This document shows positions 50,100-59,921 of a stretch of 64,000 nucleotides of DNA, piece by piece (positions within the stretch are counted from its first letter, which is position 1; each line of letters opens with the position of its first letter). Position numbers and translations under genes: made by a program. A model generated the notes under the pieces. The model saw only the letters and a program-made list of their open reading frames with translations, was not told the DNA's origin and ran no database searches. The stretch covers positions 5,690 to 69,689 of the forward strand of contig JAQWSE010000007.1 of NCBI GenBank assembly GCA_029243395.1, written 5' to 3'. This DNA comes from Paracoccaceae bacterium. GTDB taxonomy: Bacteria > Pseudomonadota > Alphaproteobacteria > Rhodobacterales > Rhodobacteraceae.

Positions 50100-50777
50100 A
50101 TGACAAAAATAATAGTATTTGATGCATATGGAACTTTGTTTGATGTCAATGCGGCAGCTAGAATTTATGCCAACAGTAATGATGATGAAAATTTTCTTGG
50201 CATTTGGGAAAAACTGTCTTCTTTATGGAGGGAAAAACAAATCAGCTATACTTGGTATTATACAAGTATGGGGCACAAAACGAATTTTTGGAAAGTTACG
50301 GAAAATGCTCTGGATTATGCATTGGATTATTATCAATTGAGTAATTCTCCCAATTTAAGGGATAACCTTTTAAGTCTTTATAAAGAACTAAACCTATTCC
50401 CCGAAGTTTTAGAAGTGCTAAAAAAGTTAAAAATGCAAGGTTTTCCTCTAGCTATTCTTTCAAATGGAACTACTGATATGCTAAATAGTGCGGTACAAAA
50501 GGCCAATATATCTGAATACCTCACAGCAATAATTTCAGCAGAGGATTTGGGCTTTTTTAAGCCACATAATCAAATTTATTCTAAGGTCTTGCAGCATTTC
50601 TCTTGCAAACCCACGGAAGTAATTTTTGTTTCTTCTAATGGTTGGGATGCCGTTGGAGGCTCAGCTTTTGGCTTCCATAGTTTGTGGGTTAATAGAAATA
50701 GTTTACCCGAGGAGCAAATGTTTTGGAGTCCGACTTGGCGTGGAACTGATTTAAATTCTGTCTTGGAAGTAGTATGA
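50100..50777 (+). CDS. haloacid dehalogenase type II (HAD superfamily)
   Basis: 225 aa. Nucleophile motif IVFDAYGTLFDV and SNG in motif II/III context. Confidence 0.8.
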   Translation: MTKIIVFDAYGTLFDVNAAARIYANSNDDENFLGIWEKLSSLWREKQISYTWYYTSMGHKTNFWKVTENALDYALDYYQLSNSPNLRDNLLSLYKELNLFPEVLEVLKKLKMQGFPLAILSNGTTDMLNSAVQKANISEYLTAIISAEDLGFFKPHNQIYSKVLQHFSCKPTEVIFVSSNGWDAVGGSAFGFHSLWVNRNSLPEEQMFWSPTWRGTDLNSVLEVV

Positions 50778-50807
50778 TCTTTTTCAAAGTAGTTTGAGGA
50801 CATTTAT

Positions 50808-51794
50808 TTGAGTAATATCCAACTAATAAGATCTGCCAAGAATAAATCGACCAATAGGGTGGTTGAAACACCTCTTTTATCAAACGAGAAAGTGAATCGA
50901 ATTATTGGCAAGAAGGTTTTCATTAAACCTGAGTGTTTACAAGTTACTGGTAGTTTTAAATTCAGAGGAGCGTGGTCAGCTTTATCTCATTTCCAAAATG
51001 AAGATAAAGTGTTTAATGGTGTAGTTGCTTACTCATCAGGTAATCACGCACAAGGGATCGCGGCAGCAGCCAAAGCTCACAAAGTTCCTGCAGTAATCAT
51101 TATGCCCATGGATGCACCTCGTATTAAAATAGAAAATACTCTTAATTATGGTGCAGAAGTCATTTTTTATGACCGAATGAAGGAGGTCAGGGAAGACATT
51201 GGTGAAAAAATTGCAAAGGAAAAAAATCTTCGATTAATACGTCCCTATGATGAACCATTAGTTATAGCAGGTCAGGGCACATGTGGTTGGGAAATAGCGC
51301 TTCAAGCTAAAGCATTAGGTATAAAAGATGCTGAAGTTTTGGTTTGTTGTGGTGGTGGAGGCCTTTCCGCTGGGATAGCATTAGCTCTCGAACAATTAGC
51401 TCCATCATTTTCTGTCAGAACTTGTGAACCCAAATTTTTTGATGATACTGCGAGATCACTATGTTCTGGTAAGCGGGAAATTAACCAGGCATCAGAGAAT
51501 TCTATTTGTGATGCTATACTCACTCCAACCCCTGGAGAACTGACATTTCCTGTTCTTAAGAAACTTGCAGGAAAAGGGCTTGTAGCCAGTGATGATCAGG
51601 TGTTACGCGCTATGAAATGCCTTTATGAAAATTTTAAGTTGGTTGCAGAGCCAGGAGGCGCCGTTGCTTTAGCAGCAGCATTATTTTCTACGCAAATTCT
51701 TAAGAAAGAAAACGTCATCGTGGTTGTTAGTGGCGGTAATGTAGATAGTGATTTGTTTGCTCGAGCATTATCCACAGAGTCGATTGACCTATAA
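50808..51794 (+). CDS. PLP-dependent threonine/serine dehydratase family (serine racemase / hydroxyaspartate ammonia-lyase-like)
   Basis: 328 aa. PLP-lysine motif GSFKFRGA and glycine loop CCGGGGLSAG. TTG start with GAGGA 7 nt upstream. Confidence 0.85.
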   Translation: MSNIQLIRSAKNKSTNRVVETPLLSNEKVNRIIGKKVFIKPECLQVTGSFKFRGAWSALSHFQNEDKVFNGVVAYSSGNHAQGIAAAAKAHKVPAVIIMPMDAPRIKIENTLNYGAEVIFYDRMKEVREDIGEKIAKEKNLRLIRPYDEPLVIAGQGTCGWEIALQAKALGIKDAEVLVCCGGGGLSAGIALALEQLAPSFSVRTCEPKFFDDTARSLCSGKREINQASENSICDAILTPTPGELTFPVLKKLAGKGLVASDDQVLRAMKCLYENFKLVAEPGGAVALAAALFSTQILKKENVIVVVSGGNVDSDLFARALSTESIDL

Positions 51795-51801
51795 GTTTCA
51801 G

Positions 51802-54288
51802 TCATTTATCTAATATTTTTATATTCTTGGGATCATAGGGACTATCTTCAGTTATCACAGCTGGCCACAATTTATTCAGCATTTTGACTTCAACGTTTTG
51901 TCCAATGGTACAGTATTTTTTTTCTAAATACCCCATAGCTATAGATTTCTTATGAGTAGTGGAATAACCCCCAGATGTTAATCGGCCTATCTTTTTACCA
52001 TCTTTAAATACTGCTTCTCTTCCCCATGGATCGCAGTCATTTGGACCTTCAATCAAGAATGTCACACATCCTACCTTAATTTTTCTTGTTTCAAGGGCAT
52101 CTTTTCCTAGGAAATCTTTTGCCATATACATAAATTTAGACAGGCCAGCCTCGATCAAGGTGGCATCTCTTCCCAATTCATTCCCAAATGCTCTATAACT
52201 CTTTTCTTGGCGGAGCCAGTTTTGTGCTCTTGCTCCGGCAAGTTTTAGGTTGAATTCTCTTCCTGCATCCAAAAGCAATTCAAAGAGCTTATTTTGAAAC
52301 TCTACAGGATGATGTATTTCCCAACCTAGTTCCCCAGTATAAGCGACCCTAATTGCTAGGGTTGGTATCATACCCAGCTCTATATTTTTACATGAAAGCC
52401 ATGGAAAACTTTCGTTTGACAATAGTTTTTTTGGGTCTGACGCTGTCACGATTTTCTGAAGCAACTCTCTTGATTTTGGTCCGGCAATCGAAAATGCTCC
52501 AAATTGGCTAGTGACGTCCTGAATTTCGATATAGCCAAATTCTTCCTTTTTATCTTCCGCATTCTTAATCAAATAATCTTGATCATAGTCAGTCAGCGCT
52601 CCTGCAGAAATTAGATAATATTCTTCAGAATTTTTTCGAACTATCGTATATTCGGATCTAACAGTTCCAGTGAGGGTAAGAGCGTAGGTTAAATTTATTC
52701 TATTAACGCTAGGTAGCTTATTACATGTGAACCAATCTAAAAAACGGGTAGCTCCAGGACCTTTTATGACATGTTTGGTAAAAGCAGATATATCAATTAG
52801 GCCAATATTCTTCCTTATAGCCTCCGCTTCAGATTTTGCATAGCTCCACCATTTCCCGCGCCTAAAACTTCTTGCCTCTTTATCACTGAAATTATTATCG
52901 GCAAAATAATTAGGTCTTTCCCACCCATTGACCTGACCAAATTGGGCACCAAGCCCTTTAAGCTTTTCATAACTTGGGAAAGTTCTCAAGGGGCGGCATG
53001 CAGGTCTTTCTTCATCAGGGTGATGTAGAATATAGACATGCTCATAACATTCTTCATTTTTGTGAGCAGTATATTCTGTAGTAATCCATGAACCATACCG
53101 CTTAGGATCTAAGCTTGTCATGTCAATCTCGGCTTCACCATTAACCATCATTTGTGCTAGGTAATGACCGGCCCCGCCAGCTGCAGTAATTCCAAAAGAA
53201 AAACCTTCGGCTAACCACAAGTTTCTTAATCCGTGAGCAGGTCCCAGCAGTGGATTCCCATCTGGAGTATAACAAATTGGACCATTAAAGTCGTCCTTTA
53301 GCCCCAATTTTTCGCTGCTTGGAATACGCCTAATAAAGGATAGGTATTCGTTTTCAATTCTTTCTAAATCCAGAGGAAATAGATCGGCTCTGAAACCCTC
53401 TGGTACTTCATGCTTGAATCTTGCGGGGGCATTTTGTTCATATGGTCCTAAGATCCATCCACCCCGTTCCTCTCTTACATACCATTTTGCATCGGCATCC
53501 CTCAAAACAGGATGTTCTTCACTAATCTTCCTATATTCAAGAAGTTTAGGGTCTTCTTCTGTTACTATATATTGATGCTCTACGGGTATGGCTGCTATTT
53601 TTCTCTTTAGAAGCTTTGCAGTGTTTTGAACATGGTTCCCCGTCGCTGTTACGACATGTTCAGCAAAAAAATCAATTTTTTCTTCTGTAGGAACTAAATT
53701 ACCACCTTTTTCAACCATCCTTGAGCAGGAGACAATCCATTCTTTCCCGTTCCAATTATAAGAATTGGCCTGCAATTTTCTTTCTATTCTGACACCATCT
53801 GATCGAGCACTTTTTGCGAGAGCCTGAGTAAGATCAGCTGGATTTATATAACCATCAGTAGGATGAAAAATTGCTCCTCTTAAGTCTTCCGTACTTACTA
53901 AAGGCCATCGTTCTTTTATTTCTGCAGGAGTTTTCCACTCGTAAGGGATCGCTACTGTATCAGCAGTAGAACTATAGAGCATAAATTCATCCATACGTTC
54001 CTTTGTTTGGGCCATCCTCAAGTTTCCAACTACTTTGAATCCGGTATCCAAACCAGTATCTTTCTCTAAGCGCTTGTAGAATCTTACGGAGTAATCATGT
54101 ATATGCGTAGTTGCGTAGGACATATTAAAAAGAGGTAACAAACCTGCTGCATGCCACGTTGAGCCAGCCGTTAATTCATCTCTTTCAATCAATGTTATGT
54201 CATTCCAACCAGCTTTTTTGAGATGATATGCTATACTTGTTCCCACAACTCCACCACCTATGACAAGTGCTTTGACATTCACTCTCAT
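51802..54288 (-). CDS. FAD-dependent oxidoreductase with C-terminal GcvT-like folate-binding domain (dimethylglycine/sarcosine dehydrogenase family)
   Basis: 828 aa. Contains VIGGGVVGTSIAYHL and the covalent-flavin histidine context GSTWHAAG, with an aminomethyltransferase-like C-terminal half. Confidence 0.88.
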   Translation of the reverse strand: MRVNVKALVIGGGVVGTSIAYHLKKAGWNDITLIERDELTAGSTWHAAGLLPLFNMSYATTHIHDYSVRFYKRLEKDTGLDTGFKVVGNLRMAQTKERMDEFMLYSSTADTVAIPYEWKTPAEIKERWPLVSTEDLRGAIFHPTDGYINPADLTQALAKSARSDGVRIERKLQANSYNWNGKEWIVSCSRMVEKGGNLVPTEEKIDFFAEHVVTATGNHVQNTAKLLKRKIAAIPVEHQYIVTEEDPKLLEYRKISEEHPVLRDADAKWYVREERGGWILGPYEQNAPARFKHEVPEGFRADLFPLDLERIENEYLSFIRRIPSSEKLGLKDDFNGPICYTPDGNPLLGPAHGLRNLWLAEGFSFGITAAGGAGHYLAQMMVNGEAEIDMTSLDPKRYGSWITTEYTAHKNEECYEHVYILHHPDEERPACRPLRTFPSYEKLKGLGAQFGQVNGWERPNYFADNNFSDKEARSFRRGKWWSYAKSEAEAIRKNIGLIDISAFTKHVIKGPGATRFLDWFTCNKLPSVNRINLTYALTLTGTVRSEYTIVRKNSEEYYLISAGALTDYDQDYLIKNAEDKKEEFGYIEIQDVTSQFGAFSIAGPKSRELLQKIVTASDPKKLLSNESFPWLSCKNIELGMIPTLAIRVAYTGELGWEIHHPVEFQNKLFELLLDAGREFNLKLAGARAQNWLRQEKSYRAFGNELGRDATLIEAGLSKFMYMAKDFLGKDALETRKIKVGCVTFLIEGPNDCDPWGREAVFKDGKKIGRLTSGGYSTTHKKSIAMGYLEKKYCTIGQNVEVKMLNKLWPAVITEDSPYDPKNIKILDK

Positions 54289-54470
54289 ACAGTACTCCTT
54301 ATAACCGCCTAAAACATATTCTAGTATTACGGATAAGAAAGGATTTTAACAAGAACAATAGTTATTTCTAGGCTAGTAGGATACTCATTCTTATATTTTA
54401 CTTCATATTTCGATGATGTATGTGTATTAGTTAAATACTTCTTAGAAATTAATATCAGTTAGTTAATATT

Positions 54471-54496
54471 ATTCGCTTATTGGAGCGAATTTTTTT
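54471..54496 (+). terminator. intrinsic-terminator-like hairpin plus T-run in the miaB leader
   Basis: ATTCGCT (54471-54477), loop TATTGG, AGCGAAT (54484-54490), followed by T6 (54491-54496). 7-bp stem with 3 GC pairs. It ends 16 nt before the miaB ATG, with no co-directional gene upstream. Confidence 0.4.
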
Positions 54497-54512
54497 ACTA
54501 AAGAGTAAGATC

Positions 54513-55841
54513 ATGGTCAAAAAAATAGAGAAAATTTTTGTTAAGACATACGGTTGTCAGATGAATGTATTTGATTCTGATCGAATTACAGATTCGCTAA
54601 TCGATTTTGGAATAAGAAAGGTAAAGGAACCCCAATTTTCCGATCTAATACTTCTAAATACATGCCATATAAGAGAAAAGGCAGCAGAGAAGGTATATTC
54701 CGAACTAGGGAGATTCAAGAAAATAAAGAGAAAAAATCCAGAGATAAAGATCGGTGTGATAGGGTGTGTAGCTCAGGCTGAAGGTCAAGAGATAATGCGG
54801 CGGGCTGAGATTGTTGACATGGTGCTTGGACCCCAAGTTTATCATAGATTACCAGAAATTATTAAAAGAATTCAAGATGGAGAACGTGTAGTGGATACGG
54901 ACTTTCCTCTTGAAGACAAATTTGAAAAATTAGAACATAGCAAGCATGTTAAAAGACAGCCTACAGCTTTTTTAACTGTACAAGAAGGATGCGACAAATT
55001 TTGTTCATTTTGTGTCGTTCCTTATACTAGGGGGGCTGAAGCGTCTAGATCACCAGAAGTTCTCTTTAAAGAGGCAAAAGAATTAGTAACTTCTGGTGTC
55101 AGAGAACTTACCCTTTTGGGACAAAATGTTAATGCTTATCAGGCGCCAAGAAGATCAGGGAGCCTTTTAGATTTGGCTGGTCTCATCAAGGAAATTTGTA
55201 CTATCAGTGATTTAAAGAGACTTAGGTTCATTACTTCCCATCCAAGAGATATGACGATTGACTTAATAAAGTTATTTGGTGAAGAGGAAAAGCTGATGCC
55301 TTATTTACACCTACCGATTCAATCTGGGAGCGACAGAATATTGAAGAGAATGAATAGAGGACACACTGTTCAAGCTTATATTGAAACTATTGATAGGTTA
55401 AGAGAGATAAGATCGGATATAGCCATTTCTAGTGACTTCATTGTGGGTTTTCCAGGCGAAACAGAAGAAGATTTTTCCTTAACTTTAGATATCTGTGACA
55501 AAATACGGTATGCACAGGCATATAGTTTTAAATATTCCCCCAGGGCAGGAACTCCTGCATATGAAAGGGCCGATTTACCAGAAGAAATAAAAGTAAAAAG
55601 ATTGATGAGCTTGCAAGAAAAACTACAAATTCACCAATCACAATTTCAGACAAATTTAGTAGAAACGGTGCAGGAAATATTGATAGAAAAACATGGAAAA
55701 TTCAGCAACCAGTACATAGGTAGATCTCCTTATATGAATCCAGTGGTAATTACTTCTAGGGAGAATATAATCGGGAAAATAATAAAAGTAAGAATTATTA
55801 GTAACAATGGGCTTAGTTTGTCCGGGGAGCCTGTTACGTAA
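54513..55841 (+). CDS. miaB: tRNA-2-methylthio-N6-dimethylallyladenosine synthase
   Basis: N-terminus IFVKTYGCQMNVFDSDRI and radical-SAM motif CDKFCSFCVVPYTRG. The ATG at 54513 is preferred over the upstream TTG at 54480. Confidence 0.93.
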   Translation: MVKKIEKIFVKTYGCQMNVFDSDRITDSLIDFGIRKVKEPQFSDLILLNTCHIREKAAEKVYSELGRFKKIKRKNPEIKIGVIGCVAQAEGQEIMRRAEIVDMVLGPQVYHRLPEIIKRIQDGERVVDTDFPLEDKFEKLEHSKHVKRQPTAFLTVQEGCDKFCSFCVVPYTRGAEASRSPEVLFKEAKELVTSGVRELTLLGQNVNAYQAPRRSGSLLDLAGLIKEICTISDLKRLRFITSHPRDMTIDLIKLFGEEEKLMPYLHLPIQSGSDRILKRMNRGHTVQAYIETIDRLREIRSDIAISSDFIVGFPGETEEDFSLTLDICDKIRYAQAYSFKYSPRAGTPAYERADLPEEIKVKRLMSLQEKLQIHQSQFQTNLVETVQEILIEKHGKFSNQYIGRSPYMNPVVITSRENIIGKIIKVRIISNNGLSLSGEPVT

Positions 55842-55942
55842 CTACAATATTAGTACCTTTATTTAATTATTGGTCTTGAAAAAGTGTTAGTTTATGCATT
55901 AGGTAGATATAAACGGTAACAAAAAAGTAGATTTAGGTAACA

Positions 55943-56956
55943 TTGTCTAAAGTTAATATCTTACAAAAACAGTCCTCATTTTTAGAAATACCGTCAGAAG
56001 TAGAATTTCCAAACAACAGTATTTTGGCCGAACTATGCGGTATAGGGGACGTGCATCTTCATAAACTAGAAGACAAGCTAGGGATTCAAATCAGTAGAAG
56101 AGGAAATATATTAAGTTTTTCCGGTCATAATAAATCAAGAGTGGAAGCAGTAATTATTTTGAACAAGATTTATGCATATCTGGAAGAAGGTCGCTCAATA
56201 GATTTTAATGATCTTGATTCTATCACTGAAGTGATGTTGAGGGGTAATTCTTCAAAATCGGAGCTTTTATATGAAGAAGTCAAGGAATCACGATCGAGCC
56301 CTGAAACTTTTGGAGTCAAAACAAAGAAGAAACTTGTAGAACCCCGAAACATTAATCAGAAGGATTTTGTCCTCAATATTTTGAATTATGACCTAGCATT
56401 TGGGATTGGACCTGCCGGAACGGGAAAGACTTATATTTCTATAGCTTTAGCCGTATCCATGTTTTTAAAAGGACAAATTGATCGAATAGTTTTAACACGT
56501 CCAGCAGTTGAGGCAGGTGAGAGGTTAGGTTTTTTACCTGGAGACATTAAAGAAAAAATAGATCCATACATGCAGCCACTGTATGATGCGCTCGATGATT
56601 TTTTACCTGCTCGGCAGATCTCCAAAATGATAGAGGACAAGAGAATCGAAATATTACCATTGGCTTTCATGCGTGGCAGAACATTATCAGATTCCTTTAT
56701 AATATTAGATGAGGGTCAGAACGCTACTTCAAATCAGATGAAGATGTTTCTCACTAGACTAGGCAAGAATTCTAAAGCCGTTGTGACTGGTGACTTGACT
56801 CAGATTGATCTTCCTAACGGGATTCAAAGTGGTTTAACTGAAGCAGTAATAATTTTAAAGAAGATAACAGGGATTGGTTTCACCCAATTTACTGCAAGAG
56901 ATGTTATGAGACATAAACTTGTGGAGAAGATAATAACAGCATATGACGAAACTTGA
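55943..56956 (+). CDS. ybeZ: PhoH family ATPase (YbeZ)
   Basis: 337 aa with Walker A GPAGTGKTY. Conserved miaB-phoH-ybeY-corC-lnt order. TTG start. Confidence 0.9.
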   Translation: MSKVNILQKQSSFLEIPSEVEFPNNSILAELCGIGDVHLHKLEDKLGIQISRRGNILSFSGHNKSRVEAVIILNKIYAYLEEGRSIDFNDLDSITEVMLRGNSSKSELLYEEVKESRSSPETFGVKTKKKLVEPRNINQKDFVLNILNYDLAFGIGPAGTGKTYISIALAVSMFLKGQIDRIVLTRPAVEAGERLGFLPGDIKEKIDPYMQPLYDALDDFLPARQISKMIEDKRIEILPLAFMRGRTLSDSFIILDEGQNATSNQMKMFLTRLGKNSKAVVTGDLTQIDLPNGIQSGLTEAVIILKKITGIGFTQFTARDVMRHKLVEKIITAYDET

Positions 56957-56979
56957 AACATTATTACCCAAGTGTCCTG

Positions 56980-57489
56980 ATGGGGATTAGGATCAACATT
57001 AATTTCGACGAGAAGAGGTGGCTCAAAAAAGATTTTAGAGTTTTGGCTAGCAAGGCTTTTGAGGCAACACTGAGGCTGCTGTCATGTGCAGATTTTTTGG
57101 AAAAAATGGAAGTCTCTATTTTAGCATGCAATGATCAGGTAATTAGAAGACTCAATAATCAGTTTAGAGGTGTAAATACCACGACTGATGTTTTAAGCTG
57201 GCCGAGAACAGATCAATTGTATTTTCATAGGAATAAGGTTTTACTAGTTCAAAAATCTAAAAATGATACCTTTGACTTAGGAGATATAGCAATATCTTAT
57301 GACACATGTAAAAAACAATCTGCGAATTTAAAACTCAAATTTGAAGATCATGTAGTTCATTTGCTGATCCATGCCTGTTTGCATTTGCTAGGATTTAACC
57401 ACCAAAAAGATACTGATTTCCAAAAAATGAAAGAGTTAGAAATTGAATGTTTGGAGGCGTGTGGAATTGAAAACCCATATGCTTTATAA
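56980..57489 (+). CDS. ybeY: rRNA maturation endoribonuclease YbeY
   Basis: Zinc motif HLLIHACLHLLGFNH. The ATG at 56980 is preferred; the track ORF begins at the TTG at 56953, which overlaps the phoH stop. Confidence 0.9.
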   Translation: MGIRININFDEKRWLKKDFRVLASKAFEATLRLLSCADFLEKMEVSILACNDQVIRRLNNQFRGVNTTTDVLSWPRTDQLYFHRNKVLLVQKSKNDTFDLGDIAISYDTCKKQSANLKLKFEDHVVHLLIHACLHLLGFNHQKDTDFQKMKELEIECLEACGIENPYAL

Positions 57490-57565
57490 GCCTTGTGAAT
57501 GCTGACCAGACATTGGTAATATAATAAATCTCATGAAATCTTCTAATTAAGGGTATAGTATTTAA

Positions 57566-58393
57566 ATGCAGAATTTCGATAAGAAAAAGAAAAAACCCTC
57601 TTTTTGGGAAAATGTTTTTCGTACTGAAGATAGAACCCATTCTTCAGATAGTGTGGCAGCTGACCTCCCAAATTTAAGTGATCTTAGAGTGGATGATATA
57701 GCAGTACCCAAAGCTGATATTATAGCGGCTCCAGAAGATTCTTCTTTGCAAAAAATTTCGGAAATATTTAGAAAATTCCGAATATCCAGAATTCCTATCT
57801 TCCAGGAAACCTTAGACAATCCGTTAGGTTTTCTTCATCTAAAAGATTTTGCTTTGGGTGACGGATTTAATAAGGATCATAACCTTGAAATTAAATCCAA
57901 ACTTAGACCATTGATTTTCATACCGCCATCAATGAATTTGGGTACTCTTTTGCAAAAGATGCAAGCCGAAAGGATCCATATGGCTTTGGTAATTGATGAA
58001 TACGGAGGGGTGGAAGGGTTGGTTACTATCGAAGATTTACTGGAAGAGATTGTTGGTGAAATCATTGATGAGCATGACCAGGATGAAGATCAACTTTGGG
58101 CAGAAGAAAAGCCTAATATTTTTTTGGTTAATGCTAGATTAGAATTAGATATGTTTAAGAATCAAACTGGTGTTAACCTGAGAAATGATTCTGAGCAAGA
58201 TGAAGAATATGAGACAATTGGTGGACTTGTAAATTCTTTGACTAATAGAATTCCTGTTAGAGGAGAGGTTATTAAGGACCAGATGGGCAATGAATTCAGC
58301 ATTGTGGAGGCAGATGCAAGAAGAATAAAACGGTTGAGATTAAAGCTATCCAAAAGATGCAAAAGAGAAAATGCTAATAGTCAGAAAAAATAG
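57566..58393 (+). CDS. corC: CBS-pair plus CorC_HlyC domain protein (CorC/TlyC-like, no membrane domain)
   Basis: 275 aa. CBS region followed by the transporter-associated block LVTIEDLLEEIVGEI. Standard position after ybeY. Confidence 0.85.
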   Translation: MQNFDKKKKKPSFWENVFRTEDRTHSSDSVAADLPNLSDLRVDDIAVPKADIIAAPEDSSLQKISEIFRKFRISRIPIFQETLDNPLGFLHLKDFALGDGFNKDHNLEIKSKLRPLIFIPPSMNLGTLLQKMQAERIHMALVIDEYGGVEGLVTIEDLLEEIVGEIIDEHDQDEDQLWAEEKPNIFLVNARLELDMFKNQTGVNLRNDSEQDEEYETIGGLVNSLTNRIPVRGEVIKDQMGNEFSIVEADARRIKRLRLKLSKRCKRENANSQKK

Positions 58394-59906
58394 TTTTTTT
58401 CTATTGACCGGGAAAAATTATTTTATCTTCGCTCTTGGTGGGGCTATGTTATCGACAGCCCATCCTCCTATTTCAATGCCCTACATTGTGATATTTGTCT
58501 TAGCAAGTATTAGCATATATTGGCATAGCATGAAACCTAATGCCCGATCATCCTTTTTTTTGGGGTGGCTTTTTGGATTTGGATATTTCTTTTTCTCGCT
58601 CATGTGGATTACTGAACCATTCTTGGTGACACCTAAGGAAACAGGGATATTAGCCCCTTTTGCCTTGGTTCTTCTCGCAGCAAGCTTATCAATTTTCTGG
58701 GGTCTTGCATTTTGGAGTGCAAGTCAAAAAAATGACTACAAATATAGGTCCAGATCTTTATTGAAGCTAGGTGCATTGTTATCCTTGGCTGAGTTATTAC
58801 GTTCCTTTATGTTCACTGGATTTCCATGGGGTATCTTAGGAGTTGCATTTGTTGAAACGCATTTGGGACAGAGCTTAGCTCTTTTCGGGCCATATTGGTT
58901 GAGCTCAATAGTGATAATCTTAAGTTTCATGACCTTAACCGGGTTTAAAGGATTTTCAATAGCGGTATTAGGTTTTAGCTCCTTATTCTTGTATGGGGAA
59001 AACCGAAAAAAAGATGTTAGCTTCGTAGAGCAAGCTGTGAAGGTTCGAGTTGTTCAACCCAACATTGATCAAAAGCTTAAGTGGAAACCAGAATTAGCTT
59101 CGTCCCACATAGAAAAATTATTTGAACTAAGTCAAAATGATTTGGAAGAGGTAGACTTAATTATTTGGCCAGAAACTGCAGTACAATTCTTTTTAGAGTA
59201 TCAAAAAAACTTCTCTGATCAAGTTTTTGAAAAAGTCGGGAAAATCATGATTTTAGGTGCAAGGAAATATATAAGGGAGAAGAATGAACTATTTAATTCA
59301 GCATATGTTCTAGACGAGATGGGACAAATTCATAGTAGTTATGACAAAAAACACTTGGTGCCTTTTGGTGAATATATCCCTTTTGCTGAAATTATGAAAA
59401 AATTTGGGGTCAAAGGGTTAGCAAGTAATGGTATATCAGGCTTTACTATTGGAAAGCGATCAAGCCAAATGCAAATTGGTGATATTCCAGCCTTTGGAAT
59501 AATGATATGCTATGAGTCAATTTTCTCTTATGAAGTGGATCAAAATATATTAGACGTGGATTGGCTCATACATTTGACAAATGATGCTTGGTTTGGATCA
59601 TATAGTGGTCCTCAACAGCATCTCATGCATTCACAGGCTAGAGCGATCGAACAAGGAATAACCATTTTCAGGTCTGCTAACACGGGTATTTCTGCAGTAA
59701 TAGATCAGTATGGTCGTATAGTTCACAAGTTAGACCTTAATACTGAAGGATATTTTGATGCAAAGCTTTCCAAAAAACTGGGCACTACACTCTATTCCGG
59801 TTGGGGAGCAAGAAACTGGAATACTTTGTTATTTTCTTTAATTGTACTAATAATTATTTTATGCTTTATAAAAATCGATAATAAATTAATACCCTTGGTA
59901 CGTTAA
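58371..59906 (+). CDS. lnt: apolipoprotein N-acyltransferase
   Basis: 511 aa. N-terminal polytopic region plus a nitrilase-like domain with WPE and catalytic Cys in MICYESIF. Overlaps corC by 23 nt. Confidence 0.9.
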   Translation: MLIVRKNSFFLLTGKNYFIFALGGAMLSTAHPPISMPYIVIFVLASISIYWHSMKPNARSSFFLGWLFGFGYFFFSLMWITEPFLVTPKETGILAPFALVLLAASLSIFWGLAFWSASQKNDYKYRSRSLLKLGALLSLAELLRSFMFTGFPWGILGVAFVETHLGQSLALFGPYWLSSIVIILSFMTLTGFKGFSIAVLGFSSLFLYGENRKKDVSFVEQAVKVRVVQPNIDQKLKWKPELASSHIEKLFELSQNDLEEVDLIIWPETAVQFFLEYQKNFSDQVFEKVGKIMILGARKYIREKNELFNSAYVLDEMGQIHSSYDKKHLVPFGEYIPFAEIMKKFGVKGLASNGISGFTIGKRSSQMQIGDIPAFGIMICYESIFSYEVDQNILDVDWLIHLTNDAWFGSYSGPQQHLMHSQARAIEQGITIFRSANTGISAVIDQYGRIVHKLDLNTEGYFDAKLSKKLGTTLYSGWGARNWNTLLFSLIVLIIILCFIKIDNKLIPLVR

Positions 59907-59921
59907 TCGGAGAACACAATA

